Position numbers and translations under genes: made by a program. 64,000 nt of DNA from Octopus bimaculoides. Its lineage: Eukaryota. How positions within the stretch are numbered: position 1 is the stretch's first letter; each line of letters starts with the position of its first letter. The notes beneath the pieces were generated by a model. The model had not been told where the DNA came from. It searched no databases and saw only the letters and a list, made by a program, of their open reading frames with translations. Positions 27,495 to 41,069 of the stretch are shown here, piece by piece. The DNA lies in the NCBI RefSeq assembly GCF_001194135.2, contig NC_068990.1, positions 67,057,270 through 67,121,269 of the forward strand. The letters run 5' to 3'.

Positions 27495-27518
27495 CTTTGG
27501 TGACAGGTAGTTCACTTC
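27495..27518 (-). CDS. Candidate 24-nt microexon (EVNYLSPK or xSELPVTK)
   Basis: Minus: tttttatttttccccatctgatag|gaagtgaactacctgtcaccaaag|gtaaat. Confidence 0.4.
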
Positions 27519-27854
27519 CTATCAGATGGGGAAAAATAAAAATGAAGAAAAATATAAAATAATAACCAAAAAAGGAGGTATAAAAAACAAAAAGGAACTG
27601 TTAAATACTGGTTTTGATTTTTTTCTTTTTTAAATATAGTTTATCATTAATTTTAGCTCTTTTTATTTACATCATCATCATCATAAATATTTATTATCAG
27701 TATTATTATTAATATTATTATTATCATTTTTATTAATTTTTCATTATTAATTACTTATTACCATTATCATAAAGAGTCTGAAAAGAGAAAGACAAAAACA
27801 AAAATAAAAAGGAGGTTAAAGAAGGAGCATCATCATTGTCATCATCATAAATTT

Positions 27855-28200
27855 AACGTCCATTTTTCCATGCTTGCATGGGTTAGATGGAGTTTATTGA
27901 GGCACATTTTCTACAGCTGGATACTCTTCCTGTTGCCAACCCTCACCTGTTTTCAAGCAAAAGTAGTATTTCTCCATGGCCAGACAAGTTTTTGCAGAAT
28001 ATTGGAAATGACACTGTGACACTCATTAACAACTACGACATACACATGAAGGGCTTCTTTCATTTTTCATCTACTAAATCCATTCACAAGTCATTGGTCT
28101 GTCCAGGGACTTAGTAGAAGACACTTGCCCAAATTGCCACAGAGTGAGACTGAACTCCAAACTGTAACACTGGGAAACAAACTTTTGAGCTAACAGCCAA
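27855..28200 (-). mobile_element. SINE type B2, full length
   Basis: C-tail 27855-28045 joined to head 28050-28200. Confidence 0.75.
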
Positions 28201-28838
28201 GTAACAAAAAATAAATAAATAAGTAATAATCCTGAACTAAAATCAGCCAAAATAGTTATAACGAGGGGAGAAAATATCGTTATAATGTTAGGAAGTTTGA
28301 ATCTGGAACTTAATTCCAAATTGTAGATTCATTTTGCCAAGAATTTTACTATATAATAACATCTACCATAGCAATAATTCTAAAGTATTATTAAAGAAAT
28401 CTGATAAGTACTTTCTGTCTTGTATTCTTAAGGGAAGCATAGTTGCTAATTGTGACTTTCATGCCACTCTCAAAGGCATTAGAAACACCATTAGTGACAA
28501 AATTACACATAATTGAAGTGATGTTCTGGAAGGAATTGAAACTGGGTGTTAAACCTCATTTGGTGAAATCATAGTGTTACAATACTATTAATTAAATCAA
28601 CTTTTTTTTAATTAGGCATAAAGTCATTTTCTTTATTTTTTTTTTGTGAGAAAATATTGGTGATTAAATTAGCTTAATACTATTACTGCTGCTTGATTTA
28701 AAATCCTTCGAAGGACAAATGGAAAAGCTAATTCTCGAAGAATTTTGAATATGAAAATAAGGTATTTAGTTTAAAAACAAAAAGAAACTACCATAAAATA
28801 GCTCAATAAACAATTCCCTTTGGGGAGTACCATTTTAA

Positions 28839-29058
28839 CCCTTTGGCATTTAATCCAGCAATATTTGGCTCAAATATTTAACCCATCTTATGTTCAAACT
28901 AGCCAGATCTGGTCTCTCACACCTACCCTACAATATCATTCTAAAAATAAACAATCACATCATCACATCATATTGAAGCTACAACATAAAGCATGATTAA
29001 TTCAAAACTGTGAATAGATATGCATCATATTTGACTGAATAATGTAAATGTTAAAGGG
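28839..29058. mobile_element. piggyBac-type MITE
   Basis: TTAA|ccctttggcattta ... taaatgttaaaggg|TT(C)AA. Confidence 0.6.
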
Positions 29059-30499
29059 TTCAAGACATGGGTACACTGGCAAGTTACCCAGGTGCATGAC
29101 TTGTCTAGGAGACCCAATGGGAATCTATGTATATTGTGGATTATATATATGTGCTCTTCCTAGTTTTGTACTATGCATGATGTTGTATAAAACTATTTAG
29201 ACAGTCTTTGCTATTGAGAAAATGTAAGATGTATTTGACTGAACTGATTTTAATATATCATTAATAACTATTTAATTGACACAAATGTAAATTGGACTCA
29301 GTAATGTAAGGGTATGAAAAGAAAATATAGTGAAATTCTGCTTTGAATTAGAAGCCATCACCCTCTAGTACCATTAATAATAACTAACAAACTCCATTGA
29401 AATTCCATGATTTATAAATTTTCATATTTTTATTTTGATCCATAGATTTAAAGAGCCTTACAACAACATTCCAACGAGTTAAATGTCTCAATTATGTCTT
29501 TGATTGTGTTCCATAGTTAACATTGTTTAAAGCATAACAGTCAAACTTGTTTCAGAATGCTGACAGACTTTGATTGTATCTACAGTTTTGTTCGATAGTT
29601 TCAAGGTTAAGTTGTTACATTTTAACTTACATTTAATATAGTGTATTATAGGCTTCAATTTTGTCTTCAGTATCCTTCCATAGTTAAGATTGTTTAAACT
29701 ATGACACTGAAACTTCCATCATCAGTCAAGCAGAATAACATCATCATCATTATCACCACCAATGTCATCATTATTTAATGTCTGTGTTCCATGCTGGCAT
29801 GGGTGGGGTGGGGTGGTTTCGATAGGATCTGGTGGTTCCAAAGACTGCAGCATGCCCCAGTTTCTACTTTGGTATGGTTGCTACAGCTTGATACCCATCT
29901 TATTGCAATCCACTTTCTAGAATATACTGAGTATTTTTTTGTTTGTTTTTGTAACCAACTATAAATTTAGGAAGAAATCAAATAATCAGTCATATTGTTT
30001 CAGTAATTGGGTGGTTCTTCATTCTATTGATGCAAAAGAACAGGAAGCAAAAGCTGAACCTGAGAAGGTTTGAACTTGGATTGTAGAGGGAGATAAATAA
30101 ATAATGCCTTTTCATTTTATCTGGCATTGCTCTGATTCTAGCCACCCACAGTTGTTTCTAATAATAATTATAACAAAATTTGTAATAATGGTAATTGGAA
30201 AAGGATGGGGAAGAAAGAAAATAGAAAAAAACAAAAAAACGGATGGAAGTCGAAAATTCATGAGAAAATTATAATAAATATTAATGAATGTTGTAGTTCC
30301 GTTAAAACCAAGAAATTAACAAAAGACAGATTAACATAAACATACACGTGTACAAATACATAACTATGCATACACATACACAGGTACAGAGTATACTGAG
30401 TGGTGAGTAACAGAACATTCAAAAGTAGTAAACAGCGATGAAACAAAACTAATCTGAATGTAAACCTTACCAAATTATGTTGGCAGATAATTGTTATTG

Positions 30500-31075
30500 C
30501 AGATGATGATGATGATGACAATGTTCATTATTAGATGATGATAAGCTTGATGATGATGACAAAGATAACAACAATGTTGATTAGAGGACGAAGACAAAGG
30601 TGATTAGAGGAGGAGGCGAAGAAGAAGGTTGACAATGATCAATTATGATAACAAGGCTGATGATTATGTTCATATTCATACTGTGCATGATGATGATGCC
30701 AGTGCTGTTAAGGATATTGATGACGATGACATTTATAAAGGCTGATGATGACAACAACAATGACAGTGATAAGAATCTTGGTGACAAAAAAGAATGATCA
30801 TGAAGATGATTATGTGGACAAATGATAACAAGGCTCATTATAAGGATTATTATGATGATGATGATGATAGTGATAAAAGAACTGATAATATATCTGATAT
30901 GATGAAGAGCAAAGAAAGTGACAACTTTGGAAGTTATGATGACAATGACAACAAAGATGGAACCAACAAAAGATCAAGGATGATGACAGTGATGATGAAG
31001 ATGATGGTGGGGGTGGTAGTGATAAGGATGGTGGCACCAACAATTGTAACAAGACACTGACGATGATGATGTCAT
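30500..31075. repeat. Degenerate (GAT)n low-complexity tract
   Basis: Eroded GAT/GAC/AAT triplets; source of the D/M/S-rich ORFs. Confidence 0.85.
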
Positions 31076-31294
31076 AGATTAATATTGGCATAAGTGTATG
31101 TATGAGTGTGCACATATATGTGTGTGTGCGTATATAAATATATATATACACACACACACACACACGTGCACACACACAGACACATACGTTTTCACACACT
31201 TACTTAAAAAAAATAAAACAATAAAAAAACAGTATTTCTTCTCATTGTCTCTGGAAGATATACAGGAGTAGATTCTTGTTGTCGTGTTATCCAG

Positions 31295-31353
31295 TTAGAC
31301 TTGGAGCAGCCAAAGAATTTCAGAGACAACTAAGGAGGAGAAAGAAGATGTGA
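31295..31353 (+). CDS. Weak candidate terminal exon (xRLGAAKEFQRQLRRRKKM*)
   Basis: ttgtcgtgttatccag acceptor; only one frame stays open across the segment; no linked exon found. Confidence 0.2.
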
Positions 31354-31570
31354 CATGCATACACTTCTCCTGAGTGCATTGCTGATTGAAAGAGAAGTGA
31401 ATTAGTTAGAACCAGGAATAAAAACCATGTCTTGGACTCAGCTGGCTGGGAAATTACATTCTATTTCACAACGCTTGTTCTCCCTGGAGGTTGGTTTCAT
31501 GAGAGAATCTAATTTTACATAATGTGTATGTATGTGTATGTAAGAGAAAGAGTGTATGCACATATTTGAA

Positions 31571-31601
<31 letters not shown>

Positions 31602-31957
31602 TGGTGCATTGATAAATCTTCAAAAAGATAGAGAAAGTAAGGCAAACAGAAAGAAGAAGCACCAGAGAAAATCTATAAATGACAAGATATATGTATATAT
31701 TTAGATACATGTGTGTGAATGTGTATGTATATATATATATCTTACCATTTATAGATTTTCTTTGATGCTTTTTCATTACACACACACACACACACATATA
31801 TATATACACACATGCACACACATATGTCCATATTATATATAGATTAAAAAACAGTGAACAATAAATATGAGGAAAGATAGCTACTCACATATAGGCATAG
31901 ATTCAATGCACACACATGAGATTGATCACTGACACACATATGCACACACAGGCATAT

Positions 31958-32010
<53 letters not shown>

Positions 32011-32525
32011 CACACACACACACACACATATTTATATATGGAAGCAGATAGTTGAATATGAAGAGTTTGATATTACTATCATAGTTTAGTTTTGAAATCT
32101 TCATTTTAACTAAATGTCTTTTACAGTTATATTTAGACACACAAAACATTTCTAAGGACAAATATAATGAACAAAAGAAAATAAAAAAGGAGAACAAACA
32201 ACTATTTTAGAAGTGCATATATATAGAGAGATACACACGCACACACACATTCATGCATACGTACACACATGTACACACGGGGACTTTCATGTTTATATGT
32301 ATAAATGTACACACAAATATCTAGTCTATAAATGTGTTCATAACTGTATATCTACACATGTAAATGTATTCTGACATATTCGTGTAACAAATATATATAC
32401 AACATAACACAAACAAGCTCGTATATACATACATATATATGTGTGCATGTACATGTATATATGTATGTGTGTGTGTGTGTGTGTACATATATATTATATT
32501 CATATATATATGAAATATATATATA

Positions 32526-32639
<114 letters not shown>

Positions 32640-33265
32640 CATACATACACATATATCTACACCTTACAAATAGTGTGTACATAGTTTTTTCTACCATCAA
32701 AAAGATATATTTATATATACACAAACATACACATATATACAATAGTTACACAAACACTCACTCATGTATAGAAATTTTTCAAAATGCAATATATATATAT
32801 ATATATATATATACATACATAGAGAATATATATTAAAATAGCAAACTTAACTGAAGTTAAACTTTTACGAAATGTCTCTTCAAGATTATGTCAAAACATA
32901 TTGCAGTGGAACAAGTAATATTTCCTTCTATTATATATTTTATCTATGTTTTATGAATATATTCACAAAATGCTCACATTCTTTTTGACTATTATTATTT
33001 TTTTTACCCACTTTCATGTTTCTATTGAAATGCTTGCTACTATATCTCTTTCCTCATCTGTTAGAGACAGAGAGCCCATGGCGATACACTGCTGATGGGC
33101 ATACAAGACTGCTGCTGTGGTTTTATAGAAATCTTGGAAATTTAGACTTGAGCTGCATACAATCTGAAAAAATTTGTAGAGTTCAAATTACACCCTAAAA
33201 TTTAAAAGATACATCTATGCTTACTACCAGTGAGTATTTGAGAACACATTCACACATACATACAC

Positions 33266-33636
33266 AGGCATGGCTGTGTGTTAAGAAGCTTGCTTGCCAA
33301 CCACATGGTTCCAGGTTCAATCACACTGTGTGACACCTTGTGCAAGTGTCTGCTACTATAGCCTTGGTCAAACCAAAGACATGTGAGTGGATTTAGTAGA
33401 TGGAAACCGAAAGAAGCTCATCATATATACATATACTCTTTACTCCTTTACACTCTTTTACTTGCTTCAGTCTTTTGACTGTGGCCATGCTGGGGCACCA
33501 CCTTTAGTCGAGCAAATCGACCCCAGGACTTATTCTTTGGAAGCCTAGTACTTATTCTATCGGTTTCTTTTGCCGAACCGCTAAGTTATGGGGACGTAAA
33601 CACACCAGCATCGGTTGTCAAGCAAGGTTGGGGGGA

Positions 33637-33708
<72 letters not shown>

Positions 33709-33878
33709 CATATATACGACGGGCTTCTTTTCAGTTTCCGTCTACCAAATCCACTCACAAGGCTTTGGTCGGCCCGGGGCTATAGTAGAAGACACTTGCC
33801 CAAGATGCCACGCAGTGAGACTGAACCTGGAACCATGTGGTTGGTAAGCAAGCTACTTACCACACAGCCACTCCTACA

Positions 33879-33914
<36 letters not shown>

Positions 33915-34100
33915 AACACACACCGCTTGGTGTTAGCGTGTTTGTATCCTGTAACTTAGAGGTTTGGCAAAAGAGACTGATAGAATAAGTACCAGGTTTA
34001 AAAATAAGCACTGGGATTGATTCATTTGACTAAAAAAAAAAATCCAACGCTGTGCCCGCAATCAAATGACTAAAACAAGTACACGATAAAAGATAAAAGA
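33266..34100 (+). mobile_element. Older SINE type B1, split by a nested antisense copy
   Basis: Head 33266-33425 and tail 33915-34100 are collinear with the intact copy at 42257-42640. Confidence 0.75.
33437..33878 (-). mobile_element. Young full-length SINE type B1 with internal (CA)n
   Basis: CpG-rich; head ...ccacacagccactcc, tail ...tttactc repeats; inserted in the (TA)n of the older copy. Confidence 0.85.
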
Positions 34101-34479
34101 CACAATATTTGTAGGTGTGTGTGATTATTCCGATATTCAAGACATTCCTTTTCATTAAGGTGTTTGATAATAATTAAACTGTGTGTGCTCAATATATGCG
34201 CATGCACACATACATACATACATGATGGATACCATCATAGTTTCTGTGTATCAAATTCCTTTTGGAATGCATTGGTCAGCCAAATGTTATGGTAGAAGAG
34301 AGTTAGCTAAAGTCCTGTGCAGTGTGACTGAACCCTAATTCATGTGGTTGTGAAGCAAATTCCTTGACCACACTGACATGCCTGTGCCAATATGAGTGAG
34401 TGTGTATGTATATGTGTGTGTGTTGTGTGTATGTATATGGGGAGGAAGTGCAGTTTGGTTGAACAGTTAATAATTTCAC

Positions 34480-34770
34480 TCTTCAATCATGAGGCTCCAT
34501 TTTCAATTTGGCAGCAAGGCATCTTGAACAAATGTCATTTTCTACAACTTCAGGCCAACCTAGTGATTGAACTTCAGTAGACAGAAACTGTATGGAAGTC
34601 TGTTACTTGGAATTCACAGGTACAACCTTGTGAGTGACACACTGTACCACATCAATTCTGCCAGAGGATAATTTTAAGGATACATGTGTCTGTGGAATAC
34701 TCAGCCACTTCCAAGCTTATTCAATGAGTTAATGAGTGTACCTGATTGAATAACTGAATGTTCATAATCG
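34480..34770 (+). mobile_element. Chimeric SINE: type B body plus type D tail, decayed
   Basis: ...gtagacagaaactg... followed by aaggatacatgtgtctgtggaatactcagccactt. Confidence 0.45.
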
Positions 34771-34869
34771 GAAATTCTGACCAAGATCCATTTATTTTCC
34801 TTATATAAATATACACACACTCAGATGTATATATATATCAATATCATCACCATTTTACATCTATTTTAC

Positions 34870-35245
34870 CGAGCTCTCATGTCAGATAAAATTTGTGGAA
34901 GCAGATTTTCTATGGCTGGATGCCCTTCTTGTTGCCAACCTTCACCTGCTTTCAAGCAAGGTTATATTTTCCTCTTGGCCAGATATATTTCTAATGAAAG
35001 ACTGGAAATGGACAACTTCACTTGTCTGTTAGTGATGCTCATTTACAACAATCACATGATGCCAAGTCAGGGATATACACAGACACATACATATGATGGG
35101 CTTCTTTCAGTTTCCATCTTACAAATTTACTCACAAGGCTTTGATTGGCCAGGACTATAGTAGAAGACACCTGCTCAAGGAGGCAAGCAGTGTAACTGAA
35201 CCTGGAACCACATGGTTGGGAAGCAAGCTTCTTAACTACACAGCT
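34870..35245 (-). mobile_element. SINE type B2, near full length
   Basis: C-tail 34870-35080 plus head 35090-35245. Confidence 0.75.
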
Positions 35246-37102
35246 ATAATTTTGCATGTGTGTATGTCTAATAATATATGTTTCTACTGATTTGAATATA
35301 TTTCTAGGCTTCAGAAATAACTCTATACAATGAAAATTCCATTAAATGTACCATGTTGTTAACTAACCAGTTTTAAACTAATTATCTGAAAGAAGTTGAA
35401 AGACTTAAGACAAAGTTTTAAAAATTTGCTTTACCACAGGTCAGTTTTTTATAGGCTTATTTAAAAACCCAGGGCATAAATCAGATTAAATGGGGCTATG
35501 ACTGTAGTTTATGAATGACATCTACAGAATGAATAATGTGATCATTAATTATGTAACACAAATTTATTAGGACAAGTATTTGACAAAATTGCCAGAGAAG
35601 ATATATTTGAAGCAGGTCCATCATTTCAATTATAACCAATTAACCATGATAATTTGGGAAAATGAGTTTCATTTGTATTGCCCTATAATTTAATTATCAC
35701 AAATTATTATAGAAATAAATGGACTTAACAATAATGGGTTCCTGCAAATGGATAAAGTTTTGTGTCTTTAGGATATTTTAGAGTATCCAAGATGGAACTG
35801 CTTCTCTGACTTAGCCAAAAATATTGCTCATTGGCATAATATGGGTTGTCACTGCCTGGGGCAAGGCAAATACTGGAGGGCAGTGTACCATTTTATATTT
35901 ATCATCATCATCCTTGTCATTGCATTAACGTCCATATTTCCATGCACATGTGGGTGGATAAAATTTGTTAAGGCTGATTTTCTTCAGCTCATGCTTTTCT
36001 TGTGTACCAACCTTCACCTGTTTTAAAGTAATAAAATAATCCTTTATTCTATAAAAAAATTGAACTGTCTGGATAGAATTATCAAACTGTGAAGACAAGC
36101 CATGAAGCTTTTTTATGCTTTTAGAATTGGACAAGCATATGACATCACCTGTAGGGATGACAAGAAGGGAATAACTTACACAAACATATGCACACACACA
36201 CAGAGGCAAACACACGTGTGCATATACATATATATATATGTGTGTGTATAAACAAATTGTTACTAAGGCAATGTCAAAACAAGGACACTTCACTCAAGCA
36301 TACACACAGGCACACACAGAGGCAAACTTATATATAGTCAATTCATATAAATGAATAATAAAATTAACAGACAACAAGAGGACGTGCACAAGAAATGTAT
36401 TAGGTTGACAGTCAGCAAAATGAGAGAATTTGCCCTTTCAAGCATATCATGAAGCAGAAAGGGAAAAGTCCAAAGAAGGAAAAGAAATCGCCAGCAACAT
36501 GTGTATAGCTATGTTGCTGAAATGCATGTATAAACACACACATGTATATTCATCACAAAATCATTTATTAATATTTTGAGTGCATGTGATATGTATGTTT
36601 CAAGTGTTTATGTAACAAATTGTTACACAGATTCCATTCTTTTTCAGACATTATATGCAAAATACATTACATATATTTATAATAATCTAGCCTCTCCCAG
36701 ATTGGATAATACGGTTACAATGCAATATGGGTATAGGGTATAGAATATTGATCTGGATACAGAGTCAAAAATATTTGGTAAAGTGTATTGCATAAAGCAT
36801 ACTACTGGACATACATGACATGCATACATACACACACATATGCACATATGATATTCTTCTTTAGGTTCTGTTTACCAATTTTACTCATCAGGCATTGATC
36901 AACCTGTAGCCATAGTATAGAACATTAGCCAACAAGGTTTATGCTGAGATTGAACTCATAACCAAATGGTTTCAAAGCTCTGAAATTTTGCACCCAAAGC
37001 AACTACTCTTGTAGCCCTACCCACTCTACACTATTGATGTCAGAGAAATGATTCCAGTGAGGAATCAAAACTGTATTATAGTTTAAATGTGCAAAGATTT
37101 AC

Positions 37103-37128
37103 CTCTGCACTATAATAGAAAATATCAA
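37103..37128 (-). CDS. Candidate 26-nt exon (xDIFYYSAE)
   Basis: Minus: tactttgctttttcataacag|ttgatattttctattatagtgcagag|gtaaat. Confidence 0.3.
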
Positions 37129-38392
37129 CTGTTATGAAAAAGCAAAGTATCTTACTTGTTTCCCACGAGAGAAATGTAAAATAAATTGATTCAACTTCAA
37201 AATAATAATAGTAATATTTTTTTATTGAATATCCTCCGATCAATAGGATAAAAAAGACTAAATAAGAGATAAATAAATTTATTTATTTAAGATTTGAATA
37301 TATTTGAAAGGGATATATATGGCACCGGACTAGATACAATAAAATACCCAACTCTTTAGAGTCAATATAATTTCAATAACTTTAAAGAACAGCATGAATC
37401 ACAAAAATTCTTCATAGAGAATTTCCACCACCATTCAAACACACTGACATACACAAACCATATACAACAAACACAGATACACATAGGCATTTTGCAGAAA
37501 TGTTGCAGTAATGTTTAGATAATGATGTTGATGATAATGATGATCACATTGATAAAGAATATGATGATCATCATCATTATGATCATCATTACAGTATAAA
37601 TGTTTTCTTTCAGTGAAGCACCCAGCCAAATTTTAAAGCATTAATGGACCATGTTATATTACAGGTATCTATTTTATTGAAATTGTCTGAGAGTAGTTAA
37701 CAGATAAAGTTAATGGGTTGCCAATGTAATTTTAAAATCAGAATTTTCAACCATCAAAATTTGATACAGTTAAGTGTTTTGACAGATTCTTTTCTATCTG
37801 GACCATCTCTATCACTCAAAGATGATTGGAATAAAATGAGTACAATGTAAAACTAATTTAGAATTTCTAAGTCTTATAGAAAAGTAGCAAAAGAAAAAAA
37901 AAATTGGAGAATTTTTTTTTTTAAATTTGAAAATAAAACCGGAATGACAAGGATATTTCTGAAATAGAAATTCAAAAAAAAAAAAAAATTTTTTTCGAGA
38001 TAAAATAGAATGCAAACTAAATTAATAGAGTTTTTATTTTTCTCAAAAATGAAAAATAACTTCACTGAACTGACTGAGTAGTTTTACATTATAAATCTTA
38101 TGTGAGTGGTGTTTGTGAAAGTGTATATTCTGTGAATTTGAAAATATAGGAGTATGTATGTAGGTTTACAGATAACTTTACATCTGTGTATATTTGCATG
38201 CAATTGCATATTTATATGTTCAAGCATAAGTATTGCTTCATATGTGTGTGTGTATATATACATATATATATATTGATACACACACACACACTTTCCTAGA
38301 ACTTATTTTCAATTCTGGATTTTGTTCCCAACACTTCCAAAAATATTCACTATCACTTCATCTGTCTCAGAATACATACATGCATGCATACA

Positions 38393-38445
<53 letters not shown>

Positions 38446-38679
38446 CAAGTTAGAGTTTACATACATGTTATACATACAAGTATAACAAGGTAGAATATTT
38501 CTAACTCATAGCATACCAGGGAAGCTATAACTAAAATGAAAGAAAAACATTAATTTAAAAATTTCCACCAGCAAATACACAGACTTGATTAAAAATGTTG
38601 TAAAGCCTCCTAAGATATGAATGTATTTTTAAATGTGTAAGTGTGTGTGTATGTGTGTGTGTGTGTGTATGAATGGTAA

Positions 38680-38990
38680 TCCGTGAGTTATGACAATGAG
38701 GGTTCCAGTTGATTCGATCAATGGAATAGCCTACTCATGAAATTAAGGTGCAAGTGGCTGAGTACTCCACAGACATGTGTACCCTTAACATAGTTCTCAG
38801 GGAGATTCAAAGTGACACAGAATGTGATAAAGCTGTTTTTTTGAAATACTGGTACTACTCATCTTTTCCAGCTGAGTGGACTGGAGCAAGCAACATGAAA
38901 TAAAGTGTCTTGCTTAAGAACACAACACACAGCAGATAAGTGAACTCATGAACTTACAACCATAAACTAAATACCCTAACCACTGAGCCA
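38680..38990 (-). mobile_element. SINE type D, full length
   Basis: Reverse-complement homolog of 56905-57213. Confidence 0.75.
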
Positions 38991-39011
38991 TGTGCCTTCT
39001 ATACACACATA

Positions 39012-39045
<34 letters not shown>

Positions 39046-39109
39046 CACACACACACAGACACACACACACACAAACATACATAAACATGTGTATTCATCA
39101 CTACCGTCG

Positions 39110-39505
39110 TTTCAGCATCCAGTTTTTCATGCTTGTGTAAAGAGGAAGTTTATTGAGACTGGGTGCCTTTTCTGTTGCCAATCCTAACATGTTTCCCAGG
39201 CAAAAAATAAAATCTACCCATGTCTAGACTTGTTTTCAAGGAAAATTGGAAGTGACAGCCACTGCTTTCATTGTTGTGGCCCTCATTTACAACTCTTTGG
39301 TGATGTCAAAACAAGGACACTTCACTCAAACATACACATATGCACATATGCATACAATGGTCTCCTTTCAATTTCCTTCCAACAAATCCACTCACTAGGC
39401 TTAAGTCAGCTCAGAACTACAGTAGAAAACAGGGCATGCATTGAGAAGAACTGAACCCTAATTTGTGTGGTTGGGAAGCAAACCTCTTAACCACACAGCT
39501 ATGCT
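39110..39505 (-). mobile_element. SINE type B2, decayed
   Basis: C-tail plus head collinear with 34870-35245. Confidence 0.65.
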
Positions 39506-40022
39506 ATGCTGCCTGAGGGGTAAGTGGGATGAAGGATCTATATATAGAGAGAAGGATCTATATGTGTGCGTAAATATATACAAACACACAGAATCATAGA
39601 ACTCTGGTGAAATATCTAATGCACACATTGAATATGTGTTAAAAAATTTCATTATTTAAATATAGCTATAATTATAGACACTATTTTCAAATATAGACAG
39701 AATTTTGCAGTATTCATTAAGAAAATCTTTAAAAATCCATAACCACTGTTCTGAAGTGAACTTATTGAATATTAAATTAATTAGAAATATCCAAGTGTTT
39801 TAAAATAATTTCCAAAATAACTCAATCTTATGACCCAGAATATTTTTTTTTAACATTAATTACTTATGTATTTACTCAATGTATTGAACAGAAAATTATA
39901 GCCAGGAAAATCGACTGTAAACAGTATTTTGAACTTCTTATAATATACTAACTTGCAGAAACTTTTCCTAAAATTGGAACCAGAACATTTTCTTTGATTT
40001 TTATTTTTGTTTCTCTACTTAC

Positions 40023-40059
40023 CATTTGGTTTATTATCGATTCCTATTTCTACTGTGTT
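40023..40059 (-). CDS. Candidate 37-nt exon (NTVEIGIDNKPN)
   Basis: Minus: ttactgctttgtaag|aacacagtag...ccaaatg|gtaagt; strong donor, single open frame, AAG acceptor. Confidence 0.3.
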
Positions 40060-41013
40060 CTTACAAAGCAGTAATTTGTGAGTAGATACACAGCATGGAC
40101 AATTAGATATGATAATAAACTTGCCAGTTAACAAGATTTCTAATTATTCACATTGAAACAGCTTACTTATGCAAGTACTGTCACCTGAAAGCTCTGCATA
40201 CAGAATGCCAATAGGTTTCAGAGCTCATCAGATAAGAATGCACATCGTTTTAGAGCCTTCCTCTCAACAGCTTTACAACACACAAGCCCCCACTCACTGA
40301 TGAGGGACCCTGTCTACTGGATTAAGTGATTAGTGCGATCTTAATTCTTTCAGTTGGGGATCATCAGCACCATTTAACTTGTGGAATCAGGCAGGTCTGA
40401 CTTGCTATGTAGGCAAACAGGTACCTGTATCACAGTTGTACATCACTTTAACCAGATTTCATCATTCTGCTTGAACAATATCCAGTGGTTGGCTCTCTTT
40501 GGATTTTATTTGAGATGGTGTTTACTTGATGATGATTCATATCAATTGATAACAGCTATCCTCAAAGTCTGTTTCCAATAAAACTTCTACAAGAAAGTGT
40601 ATGGCACTCCAACCAATGTCTTTACAATTTTCTAGTAACCACATAACTCAGGTCTTTCTTGATTCTCATAAAATTTAAGAATGCGGATACCAGTATGTGA
40701 TCACTCAGTCTGCTAGAAACAGCAGCCAAATATTTCCAGTAATCAGATCTTACTCTCTTTTGTTTAGTTAAATCTGAGCTGAAAGGTAAACAACTTCCTA
40801 ATTTTCCTTACTTGCTTGGGTCAGATGGAATTTGTTAATGTAGATTTTCTATATCCAGATGCCCTTCCCGTTGCTAACTCTTATCTGTTTCCAAGCAAGA
40901 TAATATTTCCCCATAGCTAGACATATTTTCAAAGAAGACTTGAAAATGAACAACACTGTTACTACGACAATTTTGCTTGTTAACAGGTATCATGTGATAT
41001 CAAAACAAAGAGA

Positions 41014-41069
<56 letters not shown>

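Noticed and set aside
35772-36026. Open frame DILEYPRWNCFSDLAKNIAHWHNMGCHCLGQGKYW after a ttag acceptor
   Set aside because: 35830-35880 resembles a hAT MITE end (cagtggcgta-like ...gcctggggcaa), the frame runs into a SINE tail, and there is no good donor.
40185-40340. CTGATGA motifs and an inverted repeat resembling a hammerhead ribozyme
   Set aside because: Stem II is not followed by the required GAAA, and stems I/III cannot be formed.
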